IMG/VR virus record: IMGVR_UViG_3300035670_000164
Span: 6,356-70,355 of that record
Direction: 5' to 3' (one strand)
Length of the DNA stretch: 64,000 bases
Origin: a virus
This document shows, piece after piece, positions 10,726-23,200 of this stretch (positions within the stretch are counted from its first letter, which is position 1; the number at the start of each line of letters is the position of its first letter). Under the pieces are notes generated by a model. It saw nothing but the letters and a program-made list of their open reading frames with translations. It did not search any database and was not told the DNA's origin. The translations under genes and the position numbers were made by a program.

Positions 10726-11283
10726 ATGAATACAAATGAAGGTTTAGATTTACTAAAACAACAAGCAAAAGAATTAGGTATTACACATTCACCTAATATT
10801 GGTATTGAAGCTTTGCAACAAAAAATATTGGATGCAACTAATATACAATCTTCTACTGAAATTAGATTAGTAGATGGTTGGTTAGATAAAGTAAAACATT
10901 TAATTGCTTCACCAGAACAAGTAAAAATTATTAAAAAGAAACAAGCTGAAAAACTTGTACGAGTTAGAGTTACTTGTATGAATCCAGCTAAGTCTACAAT
11001 GGAAGGTGATATATTTACTGTAAGAAATAAACTTACTGGAGATATTAAACGATATATTCCATTTAATGCAGAAGCATGGCATATTCCACAAATTATGTTA
11101 GATATGCTTAAAGAAAAAGAATATACACATCACTATCAAGTTAAAGGTCCTGATGGAACTCCTGTAACTAAATCCAAACAAATGAAAGAATATAATATTG
11201 AAATTTTACCTTCTTTAACTAAAGAAGAATTACAAGAATTAGCTAAAGAACAATTAGCTACTGGTAGAATTGCAAACGCATAA
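10726..11283 (+). CDS. N4 gp55-like protein
   Basis: LGITHSPNIGIEAL; KLVRVRVTCMNPAK; EILPSLTKEELQELA. Confidence 0.85.
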   Translation: MNTNEGLDLLKQQAKELGITHSPNIGIEALQQKILDATNIQSSTEIRLVDGWLDKVKHLIASPEQVKIIKKKQAEKLVRVRVTCMNPAKSTMEGDIFTVRNKLTGDIKRYIPFNAEAWHIPQIMLDMLKEKEYTHHYQVKGPDGTPVTKSKQMKEYNIEILPSLTKEELQELAKEQLATGRIANA

Positions 11284-11292
11284 GGATAAATT

Positions 11293-11613
11293 ATGTTTGT
11301 AGTAGGAACACCAATTACAATAACTGCATCAATATCAACAACACCTAATACCTATATTGTTTCTGATTTTGATATTAGAGTTATGTTACCTAATAAAACT
11401 GTAACATATATTAATGCAGTAACAACTATTTCATATACTGCACCAACAGTAACAACTACTGGAAGTATATCTTTCTCATATACACCAAATAGTGCAGGAT
11501 TACATGAAATAGTAATATCAACAGGAACAGCAGATAATCATATTGTTCGAAGTAAAACTTTATTAAATGTTATTGGTGTTTCAACTACAAAATTATTTAA
11601 TATTAAACTTTAA
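11293..11613 (+). CDS. small Ig-like / beta-sandwich structural protein
   Basis: Thr/Ser-rich beta pattern, FSYTPNSAGLHEI. Confidence 0.5.
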   Translation: MFVVGTPITITASISTTPNTYIVSDFDIRVMLPNKTVTYINAVTTISYTAPTVTTTGSISFSYTPNSAGLHEIVISTGTADNHIVRSKTLLNVIGVSTTKLFNIKL

Positions 11614-11622
11614 GGAATTATT

Positions 11623-12558
11623 ATGACAGTATCATACGGAGAAGTAGCTGCATTATATGATCCATTAATGGAAAATATTAATGCTAAATTAGTTATTGAA
11701 TTTGAAAAGAATAGACTTAAAGGTGCTGATTATGCTGCTGTATATGCTAAAGCATTAGAATCTACTTTAGCAGAAGTAGTTAAATTATTACTTGGAAGAG
11801 ATGATGATTTAATTGCTGCACAAATAGAAGCTACTTTAGCTGGTGCAGATAAAACTAAACAAGAAATTACTAATTTATCTCTTGAAGCTAATAATATTCC
11901 AAAAGAAGGTTTAATATTAGATGCTAAATTACCTAATACTATTAAAGAAGGATTAATACTAGATCAACAAAAACTAAATTTAATTGCTGAAAGAGGTAGT
12001 ATTAATGCAAGTACAGATAAACTTGTTGCTGAATTAACATTAGTACCTAAAGAAGGTAATAAATTAGATGCTGAAACAGCTAATATTAATGGTAAAACTG
12101 GGTTAATACCAAAAGAATCCGAATTAATGGATGCTAAGATTGTTAATCTATTAAGAGAAAATGATAAATTAGAGCTTGAAAAAGATATACTTACAATACA
12201 AAAAGATAATTTAACTATTGAAGGTGATAATGCTGAAAAAGTTGGTAAGAATTTAGACCAAGATTTACTAATTAAAAAAGAAGAAGTTAAAGCTAGTAAA
12301 GGTAAGGTAAAACTTACTTGTGCTGAGACATGGCTTAAAAGGGCGCAAGCATACCAAACAGATAAAGTTACTGCTTTAAAACAATGTCAAGCTGAAACAG
12401 GTGTATTAAGTGTTATGGTTGGTGCTTATTCTAGTGCAATGAATCATGACCCAGATTTAACTACACCATTTAACCAATATTCTTTAGTATCTTTAGCTGG
12501 TCAAGCAGCAGCGTCAGCTAAGAATATGGTAGATACATCAATTCAATGTAACGAATGA
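11623..12558 (+). CDS. N4 gp54-like virion (tail) protein
   Basis: EFEKNRLKGADYAAVY; repeated (I/V)PKEG..LD coiled-coil units; synteny. Confidence 0.75.
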   Translation: MTVSYGEVAALYDPLMENINAKLVIEFEKNRLKGADYAAVYAKALESTLAEVVKLLLGRDDDLIAAQIEATLAGADKTKQEITNLSLEANNIPKEGLILDAKLPNTIKEGLILDQQKLNLIAERGSINASTDKLVAELTLVPKEGNKLDAETANINGKTGLIPKESELMDAKIVNLLRENDKLELEKDILTIQKDNLTIEGDNAEKVGKNLDQDLLIKKEEVKASKGKVKLTCAETWLKRAQAYQTDKVTALKQCQAETGVLSVMVGAYSSAMNHDPDLTTPFNQYSLVSLAGQAAASAKNMVDTSIQCNE

Positions 12559-15074
12559 GTTATTTAAAAGAAGAATATCCTATATCTATTACTACAAATA
12601 TTAATTTATGTAACAATATTAAAAATATAGCAATAGATTCACAAGAGAGAATCAATAGAGAATCTATTGATTCTCTTTCTGCTTATAACAAAACAGTAAA
12701 ATATATTAATTTTGCTAATGAACATAAGTTAAGTTATAAATATGAAGATCAATTTAAAGAACTTCAAGTAAATAAGTTGGAATGTAATGCAACTTATTTA
12801 GATGTAAATCTTGATATGGATTTATTAAAGAAAGATTGCTTAACTTATATTCGTAAACAAATATCTAAAGTATTAAGTAAACAACAAGCTACTAAAACAC
12901 TTATTCAAACTGAAAAAGAAAAAAGATATACAGAAGATTATATTTCACAGTTAGAAGCATTGACTGATCCAGATGAAATTATTGAATTTAAAGATGCAGA
13001 AAGAGATTCTTATTCTATTTTTATAGATGGATATATAGAAACAAATACTTCTTTAATTAATGAACATAAAAATAAAATAAAAGAATATCAAACTAAATTA
13101 AATAAAATTGCATATTCTAATGCAGAATTATTAAATAAGTTTGAAACTATTCCAGAAGAAAATACTTCTAAAATAAATGAATACCAAACTCTTATTGCTA
13201 ATTTAGAATTACAAATAGAAGATTTATACTGGCAGAATTATTCTTATTCATTAACTAAAGTATGGGCAACACAGCTAGAAGATTTAATTACTACATATAA
13301 TTCTATTATTAATTCTTATGAAGCATTACTTAAACAAGAATTAAATTTTACAATTACAGCTTGTATTAAATCAAAATTCTATGCACCATTTTATGTAATG
13401 AAAAGACACTTAGAAAAATATGGTCACATAGCTTATTGGAATAATTTACATTTAAATATAGGAAATACTCAATACATATTTCCTTATGAAAACTTATGTA
13501 CATATACTCCAGATATTATTTATTTAAATGAGCAATGTAGTTCAATAATTAAAATAAGAAATCAAAGAAAAGTTTATACTCCAACTGATCCCACAATAAC
13601 TACTACATCAAATTTTGAAGAAGAGTTCTATGTAGAAGATAAAGAAGATTTTCTAATTACTATAGAATTTCCAAGCATATATTTAGATTATAATTATGGT
13701 TCTCTTAGTTATCCAATCTATTTAACTAGTAAAGACTGTCCATCATTGCAAGAACTAGAACAAGATTTAGATTTAAAGTTTCATTCATCTATTCCTATTA
13801 TTCAAAATAATTCTTATATTTTAAATAAAGATGAATTACAAACTTTAATTTTAGATAAACTTAATCGAATATTATATGTAAACCAAGATAGAATAAAATC
13901 TTCTTGGTTTAAAGAATGTGAACGTACACATGAAATAGAAACTGACTTTGATATAACAGAATTAACTTTAGATAATTATATAAATAATCTTTATATAAAC
14001 TTTGGAATACCATTAACTACAACAGAGTATTCTTCTATCTATTATTTATATTCTTTATTTAAATCATTTCCTCAAGGAGATAAAGATTTATTTGATGAAT
14101 ATTTATCTAAAATTGGAACTACATATTTAACTAATCCTGTTCCTTATATAAATGAAAGACAGATTATAATAAAAAATAGTTTATATGAAACAATTATTAA
14201 ATACTCCTATATAGAAGAAGAAACTGAATCTGGAGATATAGAATGTACTGGTAGACATAAAGGTAATATAGGAAATGCTACAATAGAAGCAGTTCCAGAT
14301 GAAAGTAAAAATATTCCTTATGCAAAAGATAATAGAAATATTCATTTTAGTAGACTTGGTTCATATCCATCTATCATTCATGGAATACCTATTAGTATTA
14401 ATAAATCTTATTTAGAAATAAAAGTACAAACAGATAAAAATGAAATAAGTATTCTAAAAATACATGGTTTAAATATTGAAACAACATATCTACCAGCCAT
14501 TCCATTAAAGCCAAGAGAGGATTCACAATGGATGATATTTACTTATAAACCTCCTGGATTTGATTCTTATACTACTTATAGAAAAGATACTTTTACTTCT
14601 TATTTTAATTTAAGTAATCTGTCTGGGTGTGTTATACCTTTAGCAAATCATGACTTGTATAATAATAGATATAAAGATTCTAACTATTCTCTATTAATTA
14701 TTGATAGAATGTGTTATGAAGCTTGTAATTTAAATGTAATTACATCTCTTACAGATGATCAACGTTATCCATATTTTTTTGGTAAACCTGATCCTTGGAT
14801 ACCTAAAGAATCCAGACAACAAGTATTAGAAGAAATTACTAATAATTTTTTACAAGATAATACATTTAAAAATACTAATACTATTGCATATAATATAAAT
14901 CAATTTAGATATAAACCTTTAAGATTAATAGATAAAGATAATGAATCTCTTAAAGAAGTAAGAACACCTATAAACCAAGATAGATTATCTAAAGATTTTG
15001 ATATATACAAACCTAATGATTTTAGAGAAGTATTAGTATCAAATATTTATAAACCAATTAAAGAAGGTAAATGA
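12555..15074 (+). CDS. N4 gp53-like virion protein
   Basis: Synteny; YINFGIPLTT...YLYSLFK motif. Confidence 0.55.
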   Translation: MSYLKEEYPISITTNINLCNNIKNIAIDSQERINRESIDSLSAYNKTVKYINFANEHKLSYKYEDQFKELQVNKLECNATYLDVNLDMDLLKKDCLTYIRKQISKVLSKQQATKTLIQTEKEKRYTEDYISQLEALTDPDEIIEFKDAERDSYSIFIDGYIETNTSLINEHKNKIKEYQTKLNKIAYSNAELLNKFETIPEENTSKINEYQTLIANLELQIEDLYWQNYSYSLTKVWATQLEDLITTYNSIINSYEALLKQELNFTITACIKSKFYAPFYVMKRHLEKYGHIAYWNNLHLNIGNTQYIFPYENLCTYTPDIIYLNEQCSSIIKIRNQRKVYTPTDPTITTTSNFEEEFYVEDKEDFLITIEFPSIYLDYNYGSLSYPIYLTSKDCPSLQELEQDLDLKFHSSIPIIQNNSYILNKDELQTLILDKLNRILYVNQDRIKSSWFKECERTHEIETDFDITELTLDNYINNLYINFGIPLTTTEYSSIYYLYSLFKSFPQGDKDLFDEYLSKIGTTYLTNPVPYINERQIIIKNSLYETIIKYSYIEEETESGDIECTGRHKGNIGNATIEAVPDESKNIPYAKDNRNIHFSRLGSYPSIIHGIPISINKSYLEIKVQTDKNEISILKIHGLNIETTYLPAIPLKPREDSQWMIFTYKPPGFDSYTTYRKDTFTSYFNLSNLSGCVIPLANHDLYNNRYKDSNYSLLIIDRMCYEACNLNVITSLTDDQRYPYFFGKPDPWIPKESRQQVLEEITNNFLQDNTFKNTNTIAYNINQFRYKPLRLIDKDNESLKEVRTPINQDRLSKDFDIYKPNDFREVLVSNIYKPIKEGK

Positions 15075-16258
15075 TTATGACACCAGAACAATTTAATAAA
15101 GCTTGGAAAGAATTTACTAGAGGAAATAGAATATTCACACCAGATGAACAACAAAAAGTTAATGCAGCTAAGCAAAGAAGAAAAGCTGCTTTTAAACCAG
15201 TAAACATTGCTACACAAGAACCGTCAATATTTAATTCAGTAAAAAATTACAGTAAAAATATTTTAAACCATCCTATAACTAAAAATGTAAAAACAGGTTT
15301 AGGACCTTTAGGATTAGCTTTAGACACAGCCTATGAAGGTAAATCCTTGTATGATGATTTACAAGTTTTACCTGATGATAGAAAATGGGATAGAGCAGGT
15401 GAAACAGTACTTAATTTAGGAACTACTTTAGGTGGATATAAAGTAGGAGGTACTTTAGGTGGTATTGTTGGTTCACAACTTCCATCAACTTTTGAAACCT
15501 TTACTGGAAGAACTTTTCCATCTACAGAAGGAGATGATATAAGATTAAAACAAAGATATAATGAAATTATAAACTCACCTAATTTTGGGATACAAACAGC
15601 AAATAATTTATCTAATAAAGAAATGGTTGCTAAAGTACAAGATCAATTTGAAATTAACCCATTTATATCAAATGATTTACAAGAGTTAAATAAAAATAAA
15701 ATATATAATCCAAATCAATTTATAAGTAAAGGCTTAGATAATTTAAATAATATTAATCAATATACAATTGATAAGCCAAGAGAGGTTAAAAATACATTTA
15801 CCTCTCAACCATTATTACCTATAGAATTGCAAGGACAAGATACTGGAATTAAATTAGGAAGTCTTAGTAATGCAGAACGAAATTCTGCTCATTTAGCTAA
15901 TTTATCTGCATATAAATATAATAACAATGGTAAAACTATTTATACTGATAAAGCTTCTATGTCTCCTACAGACACAATACTTACTGGTCCAGTAGATGCA
16001 CAAGGTAATCCTAGAAGTAAAGAGTGGATAGCTAAACAAGCTCAAGCTCTTAATAATCTAGGTAAAATAGAGGTAGATGGTAAATTAATGAGTCAAGATG
16101 AAATTCAACAACAAAAAGTATTAAATCAATTAGAAGCAGATAGATTACCAATCCGTACAGTTAATCCTGGATTACAAGATAAATACTATTATTCTAATCC
16201 AAAATCTAATATGAGTAATAAAGATTTATATAATTTAACTAATTATAAATGGGTATAA
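15071..16258 (+). CDS. putative internal virion (ejection) protein
   Basis: Gly-rich hydrophobic helices; position before vRNAP. Confidence 0.45.
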   Translation: MIMTPEQFNKAWKEFTRGNRIFTPDEQQKVNAAKQRRKAAFKPVNIATQEPSIFNSVKNYSKNILNHPITKNVKTGLGPLGLALDTAYEGKSLYDDLQVLPDDRKWDRAGETVLNLGTTLGGYKVGGTLGGIVGSQLPSTFETFTGRTFPSTEGDDIRLKQRYNEIINSPNFGIQTANNLSNKEMVAKVQDQFEINPFISNDLQELNKNKIYNPNQFISKGLDNLNNINQYTIDKPREVKNTFTSQPLLPIELQGQDTGIKLGSLSNAERNSAHLANLSAYKYNNNGKTIYTDKASMSPTDTILTGPVDAQGNPRSKEWIAKQAQALNNLGKIEVDGKLMSQDEIQQQKVLNQLEADRLPIRTVNPGLQDKYYYSNPKSNMSNKDLYNLTNYKWV

Positions 16259-16261
16259 GAC

Positions 16262-17191
16262 ATGAGTAGACAACAACAACAACATCAAGAGCAACAATTA
16301 CCAGCAGAATTGTCTTATGCTTTACAAGGTGAAGCAGCATTAGCTAATGAGTTAAATCAAAGACAATTAGATATAGCTAGAATGCGACAAAATGATATAT
16401 TAGCTTCTCAAGGTATTACTGGTCCAAGTGCATTAGATGCTTGGATTACTCGTAATACTCCTAGAATGCAAGCAGAAAGAGAACAAGCTAAACAACAAGG
16501 GTATATAAAACAACTAGGTGCTTTACTTAATAATACTAAAGATAAAGATGGTAATTTTCACACAGATATAGCTATGAATAATGCTATGCAATATGGTAAT
16601 CCATTGGCTTTAGCTCTAGGCAGTCAACTAATGACAGCTAAACAAGACGGTTCTCAAAATGATTTTGTTAAAGCAATATTAGAGCATAAACTTAAACTAA
16701 TAGAAAATGAAAAGAAAGCTGGATATGATATGGAAGTTGAAAAAATGAAAGCACAACATGGTGAAGATAAGTTAAATAATAAACCCTATATGGAAATGAA
16801 AGATTTAAATGCTTTTATTCAACAATATCAAAATTCAAGAAATTCAGATGTAACAAATAATGCTATTGCAACTCAAGCAGGTCAAATGAAAACTAGAGCA
16901 GACCAAGATGCTTTAGTTCAAGCAATTGCTGCTTCTCAATCAGACCCAATAGAATCTGCTGCAATAGATTCTTCTATTGGACTTGGGTTAGGTGGTGGTA
17001 TTGGTGCAGGTATAAATCAATTTTTACATAATAAAGGTAAATTTAACTATAAAGTATTAACCAGTAAAAAAGCTTTAGCAGCAGCAGCATTAGGTGCAGC
17101 ATTAGGATTTGGCTATGATCGGTTAAGAGGACCATATACAAATGAAAATAAATTTATGGTAAACCAAGCTGATTTAAATAATTCTAAGTAA
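16262..17191 (+). CDS. putative internal virion (ejection) protein
   Basis: Gln/Ala-rich, with glycine-zipper-like GLGLGGGIGAG and ALGAALGFG; directly upstream of vRNAP. Confidence 0.45.
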   Translation: MSRQQQQHQEQQLPAELSYALQGEAALANELNQRQLDIARMRQNDILASQGITGPSALDAWITRNTPRMQAEREQAKQQGYIKQLGALLNNTKDKDGNFHTDIAMNNAMQYGNPLALALGSQLMTAKQDGSQNDFVKAILEHKLKLIENEKKAGYDMEVEKMKAQHGEDKLNNKPYMEMKDLNAFIQQYQNSRNSDVTNNAIATQAGQMKTRADQDALVQAIAASQSDPIESAAIDSSIGLGLGGGIGAGINQFLHNKGKFNYKVLTSKKALAAAALGAALGFGYDRLRGPYTNENKFMVNQADLNNSK

Positions 17192-17207
17192 TTAATAGGA
17201 AAAATAT

Positions 17208-20200
17208 ATGGCATATATAAATGGTTATGTAAATGGATATAACAATGATACCAATACAGAAGAGTTAGATAATTTATTTCAAAATAGTTTAGTAGAAGAT
17301 AAAAAGAAGTCTTTATTAGATTCTGTATTAGCTAAAAGAACTGAATTAGGTTTCTCTACAGCAGATGTAACTGGTAGGTTTGTAGAAGCATTAGATGCAG
17401 ATACAGTTAAAATACATCCATCTCAAAGAGATTATATTGAAAATCCAAATGCACAACCATTTAGTGTTAGATTAAAAAGTAATTCACCTATTGAAAGTTA
17501 TAATTCTTATGAACTTAATCATGGTAATGAATCCGATCCTAAAGTAGCTGCTAGATTAGCTAAACAAAGACAAGCTATTGAAGATGATGAAATACTTAAA
17601 GGTTGGTTTAATCCTGCTACTAATGAAGATGTATATGCTAGAGGTGAAAAAGCTAAGAAATTACTTCAAGATAAACTTAATCTAGTAAACCAGGGTAAGT
17701 CTACATTAAGTATGGCTCTTACTGGTAAACAAGATAAATTTAAAAGAGAATTAGGTGATATTAAATTTAATAATGAATTACCTATTTCAGATCAACTTAA
17801 TACACCTGAACTAAACTCTTCATATAATTCTCAATTTAATATAGGTAAAAGAACTAGAGCTGGTGATAACTTAGAAGGTATGGCTACAGACTTCTTAGGT
17901 ACAGTAGCTAGTAGATTCCCTACTGTTATGAGTAATATTGGAGTTGGTACAGTAGATACTATTACTGGATTACAGCAGTATGGTTATAACAAATTAGGTG
18001 ATTTAGTAGGTGGTGATTCTGGTGAAGTATTAAAGAAAATAGGTAATATAGCCAGAGAACCAAGTAATATTCTTCATGGTAGAACACATTACTTAGATGA
18101 TTATATTAATAGTTTAAATATTTCTGATGCTGCTAAAGATACCTTTAAAGCTCTTAAATATGATCCAAATGAATTAGATAAGATTACTGCTAATTTATAC
18201 GAATCAGAAGCTTTAAAACAATCTCGTAGAGATTATGAAGAAATAGCTTCTAAACCAGAAGAACTTAGAAAAGCATTAGGACATAAAGCTAATACCTTAT
18301 CAGAACATTTATCTGATTTAGGTGAAGATATGTTTGCTGTAGGTGAAGGATTTATTAACCATCCTAGATCAATGCTTACAAGTGATTTACCAGCTAATTT
18401 ACCACAATTATTATTACCTATGGGAATAACAGGTAAAGCAGCAGAAAGTATTGCTATGAAAGCTGCTGCTAAAGTTGGTGGTATTGAAAACGGTATTATT
18501 ACTAATGCTGGTAAAAAAGCTATAGCAGAAGAATTTGCTAATAAAGCTACACAAGATAAATTAATAGCTTTAGGTGCATTAACAGAAGGTACTCAAGCTG
18601 CTTCTTCAATTGTAAACCAAGCAGAAGATGCTGGTAGAAAGTTTGAAGATTATGCTTTACCTGCTATTGCTGGTGGAGCTATTACAGGTCTTATTGGTGG
18701 AGCATCTAATAAAATTTTTGGTACAAATGCTGCTGATATGATTAGAGGTGTTAGAGGTAATTCTAGTATAGCTAAAGCTATTGCTACAGAAGGATTTGCA
18801 GAAGAATTACCACAATCTACGAATGAAGCTTTTGCTACTAATTATGCTTTAGGTCAAGACCTTTGGAAAGATGTAGGTAGACAAGCTGCTGAGGGAGCTA
18901 TTCTTGGAGGTTTAATTGGTGGTGGAATGGAATCACCTAAAGCTACAGCAGAATCCTTACGAGGATTAGCTAGAAAAGCATTAACTTCTAACCAATCCAA
19001 TCAATCACCTGAGAATGCTTCAAATCAATCTGAGGCATTCTCGAACGATTTAGAGCATGTTTCAGAGACTATTCCAAATGAAGATAACAATTTTGAACTA
19101 CCAGAAGAAGCTATAGACTATTATGGAATTGATCCAGATAAACATAAAGTTGCTCATGATTTAGTATCAGATGAACAAGCATTAAAAGATAGACTTACTG
19201 ATATTGAATCTAAAAATAATTTAATGGAAGAGGTAGATAGTCTTAGTATTGGTACAGTAGGTAAAAAAGCTTTAATTGGTTTAAAAGCTATTTCAGATAA
19301 ATTTGCAAATGATTATGTTGTAAGTGATGAATTTTCTGACCCTTATATAGCACAAACTACTGGATTAAATACTGCTTTATTATCTGAACAAGATACTCAT
19401 ATAGCTAAAAGATTAGCTGATAATAATACAGATTCATTGGTTGCAGATATTACATCTTTAAACGAAAGTTTAGTAGAACCAAGAGATGATGAAGATCAAG
19501 TTAATGAAGTGGTAAAGCTTAATAAACAATTATTAAGTAAATTTACAGAATCTAATTTAGATACATTATCTGATGTAAAAACACAAGAATTAATTAAAGA
19601 AAATTTAAATAGACTTAGAACTATACAAGAAGGAAATATTCCAGTAATTACAGAAGATACTTCTATAGAAGAATTAGGTAATATTTTACAAAACAATCTT
19701 GGTTCTATTAAATTAACTCCAGCAGAAGAAGCTATAGTTAGTAAAAAGCAAGCAGAATTAGCATCTAAACCAGATAAAACTAAAGAAGAAGATCAATTGT
19801 TAAAAAGATATGAGTTATATAAAGGAACTCAACAACAATTAAAATCTATTCTTAAAACAGGGGAAGAGGTAAATAATGAAGTAATTAATGGTGGTGGAAA
19901 TAAATTAGGTGCTAATCAATGGGTAGATTTAATTGATGCTAATTTACAATCTAATAGACCTGATTTAGCTAAAGCTGCATTAGACACTTTTACTAATTGG
20001 GCAAATTACCATGCAGAGAAAGCTAATCAATTATCTGTAGTAACTCGAATGCTTCAAAGTGATAAGTATAAAAACTTATCTATGGATGAGTTATATGCTA
20101 AAGCTCATAAAGATAAATTTGATCCTCTATATCAAGAATTTAATAAATTAAATGCAATCCAAGCACATGGAAATAGTATTGAAATTGATGGAGAACAGGA

Positions 20201-23200
20201 TTGGAGAACTACAACAGGTGTAAATTATCAATTAGTAAGAAAACCTAGTGATACTTCTTCTGCTGATATGATTGGAAGATTTTCTAATTTAACTTCTCAA
20301 GTTAATACTGAATCTGAATACTTAAACAATAGAATTGCAGAAGCTAATTTAAAGATTAATGGTTCTACTAAACCAACTAAAACTAAAGTTAATAAGAAAC
20401 CTAGAGTATATAATTTAGCTTTAGATAATCTTGCTAAAAACTTTGAAAGACGTAAAGGTAATGAAGCTACTAAAGCACAAGTTTCTAAAAATAGAAAAGA
20501 AGCTGAAAATGCTGCTAGAAAAGAAAAGCAAGAACAAGAAGAGAGAAAGAAAAATCCCATACCAGAATCTCCTCCAGTAAAAGATGATGATAAAACTAGG
20601 GATATGTTTTCAGAAAATGAAGAAGAATTTAATATAGTTTATGAACAAAATGAAAAATATCAAGAATTAAAAAAACTTTTATTTACAAAGGATATTACTT
20701 TATATAATGTATTATTATTCATTAGTAATAATAGCAATAGATTAGGTAAGTTAGCCAAACATTTATTAGAAATAATACCTAAAGACTTAAAGTTTATTGT
20801 AAATGAAAGTAAAGAAGATTTAGGATTTGGTGGTACATATATAAATAATAATAAAACTATTTACATTAATCCTAATATAGATTTTTATACTAAAGATAAA
20901 AATGCTTTTACTAAAATAATGGGAACAATTATTCATGAAACACTTCATGCAATTACAGAAGATAAGATAGATTCTAACCCTAAAATACAAGATCAACTTA
21001 GAGCTATTTTAAATAAATTAGAAGAACATGCAAAAGATGGTTGGATTATTAGAACTATTGGTGGTAAACGCTATGAATACAATACTGCTTGGATTTCTAA
21101 TTATCCACCTATAACAGACATACATGAAATAATTACTCATGGATTTACTAATTATCATTTAAATATGATTTTAAATGATATTGAAGGAATTGGTAAGGTA
21201 TCTTTATGGGATAAATTTATTTCAGCAGTATCTCAATTATTAGGATTTTCTCCTAAAGAAAATTCATTACTATCAAATTTAATTGAAACATATTTAGAAA
21301 TAGTAAATGAAGAAGTTTCATCTAATGAAGATCAAAAAGAAGATATTAAAGAAGATACTTCTGATAAAGATGAAAAATTAAGTAAATTACAAAAAGACAT
21401 TATTAATCTTAGAAATAAGATTAAAGATAATTATTCTGATACACGCAAAGAAATTCAAAATAATATAAATGAACTAAATTCTGAAATTGAAGAATTAAAA
21501 AATAAAATTGAAGAATTAGAAAATAATTCAACTAAAGATAATGATACATTTGGTTCTATTAAAAAAAATAAAAAAATAGGTGATAGAGGTACTGGAGAAT
21601 TTGTCCCAACTAAGGCAACAAATGAACAATTGATTTTGACGTATAATTATCAAATAGATAAATTAAATGAAAAACTAGATAAATTAAATAAAAAATTAGA
21701 TAAATTAAATGAATACCATGAAGAAAACAAAAAAACTTTATTAAGTAAATATAAGGAAGTCCAACAATTAGATAGTACAGTATTTGATAAAATTATATTT
21801 CCATCATTGTTGAAAGATAATAATTATAATACTGCTACTATAGAAGAATCTGGATTAGAGCTAAATGAAGTACAGCAACAGAAATTATTTGTTAAAGAAA
21901 ATCCAATAGATAAATTTGATAAAGATGATAGTTTAATTTCTAAAGCTGTACAGCTTACTAATAAAGAATTTTTAACTAATATTGTTTCACTTGGAAAATC
22001 TACTCTATTAAACAAATATAAAAATGTAATTAAAAATTGGTATAAGATTCCTGAATTAAGCAATAAACTTCAAACAGAAGAAGAACTTTATAGTTTAGAA
22101 ATAATTCAAAATTTTCAAGAGGATTTTAGGAAAGCATTTTTAAATAAAATAAAATTAAATAATCCTTTCCATGATTCTATTGGTTATGTATTACAAGAAA
22201 ATGGTACTACTCCCAATGAAAATGTAATAGCTGCAATGGCTTTAAGTAGTTTAGCTTATTTAGTTCAAAATACTAAATCAGTATATAACACTCATGACAT
22301 GATTCGTTCTATCTTTGGTAAAGATGAAGAATTTAACGTAACAGATGAAATGGTAGAATTATTTTCTTCTGTAGGAAAAGTATTAAACCATGAGACCCCT
22401 ACTCTTGGCAGTAATATTGCTAATTTACTTGGATTTAAAAGAAAAGATGAACATAAAGGTAAATTACTAGAAGCTGCTTTAGGTAATATGGCATTTCAAA
22501 CATTAATTGATATGGGATTACTTAATTTACATTTTATCCCTGAAAATGTTATGAAAGCTGTTTCAAAAGAAGAAGAAATTCCTTCACAAACTAAACCAGA
22601 TGCTTCTAATGCTCATTCATTTATTAAGTCTGGTACATATTTTATAAGTCCAAGTTCTCAAATAAATGATGAAGGTTATCCAAAAGTAAGTGATGAAATT
22701 CAAGAATATATTGATGCAGTAAAAGCAACTAAAGATATATTAGAAGATACTTTAGAATTAGATTTCTTCTCTAGTACATTTAGCACTAAAGAATTTACTA
22801 AAGAAAAGGTGGATAAACTGTTAGGTAATAAATGGAAGAATACCTTTACAGATTATACAAATTCAGAAAAAGAAGTCTTATTAAAGTATTCTAATACCAA
22901 ATACACTAATCAAACTAGATTAGCTAAATTAGATTTAGAAGAAAATATTCTAAAAGAAATTGGTTTAGGATATAACTTAGATACATTTATTTTAGATGTA
23001 AATGAAAAGTCTCACAAAGGATCATTAATACAAGTTACTAGAAATATTGAAGAAGTAAACCAAGCTAAAAAAGCTTTAAGAGATGTAGATGGTTTATATT
23101 TCTTTAATGAATTAGTTAAATCAGGTAGAGAACAAATGACTGGTGGAGGACAATCTAATAAATATATTAGATGGTTTTTAGTACCAGAAGGTTCTGAAAG

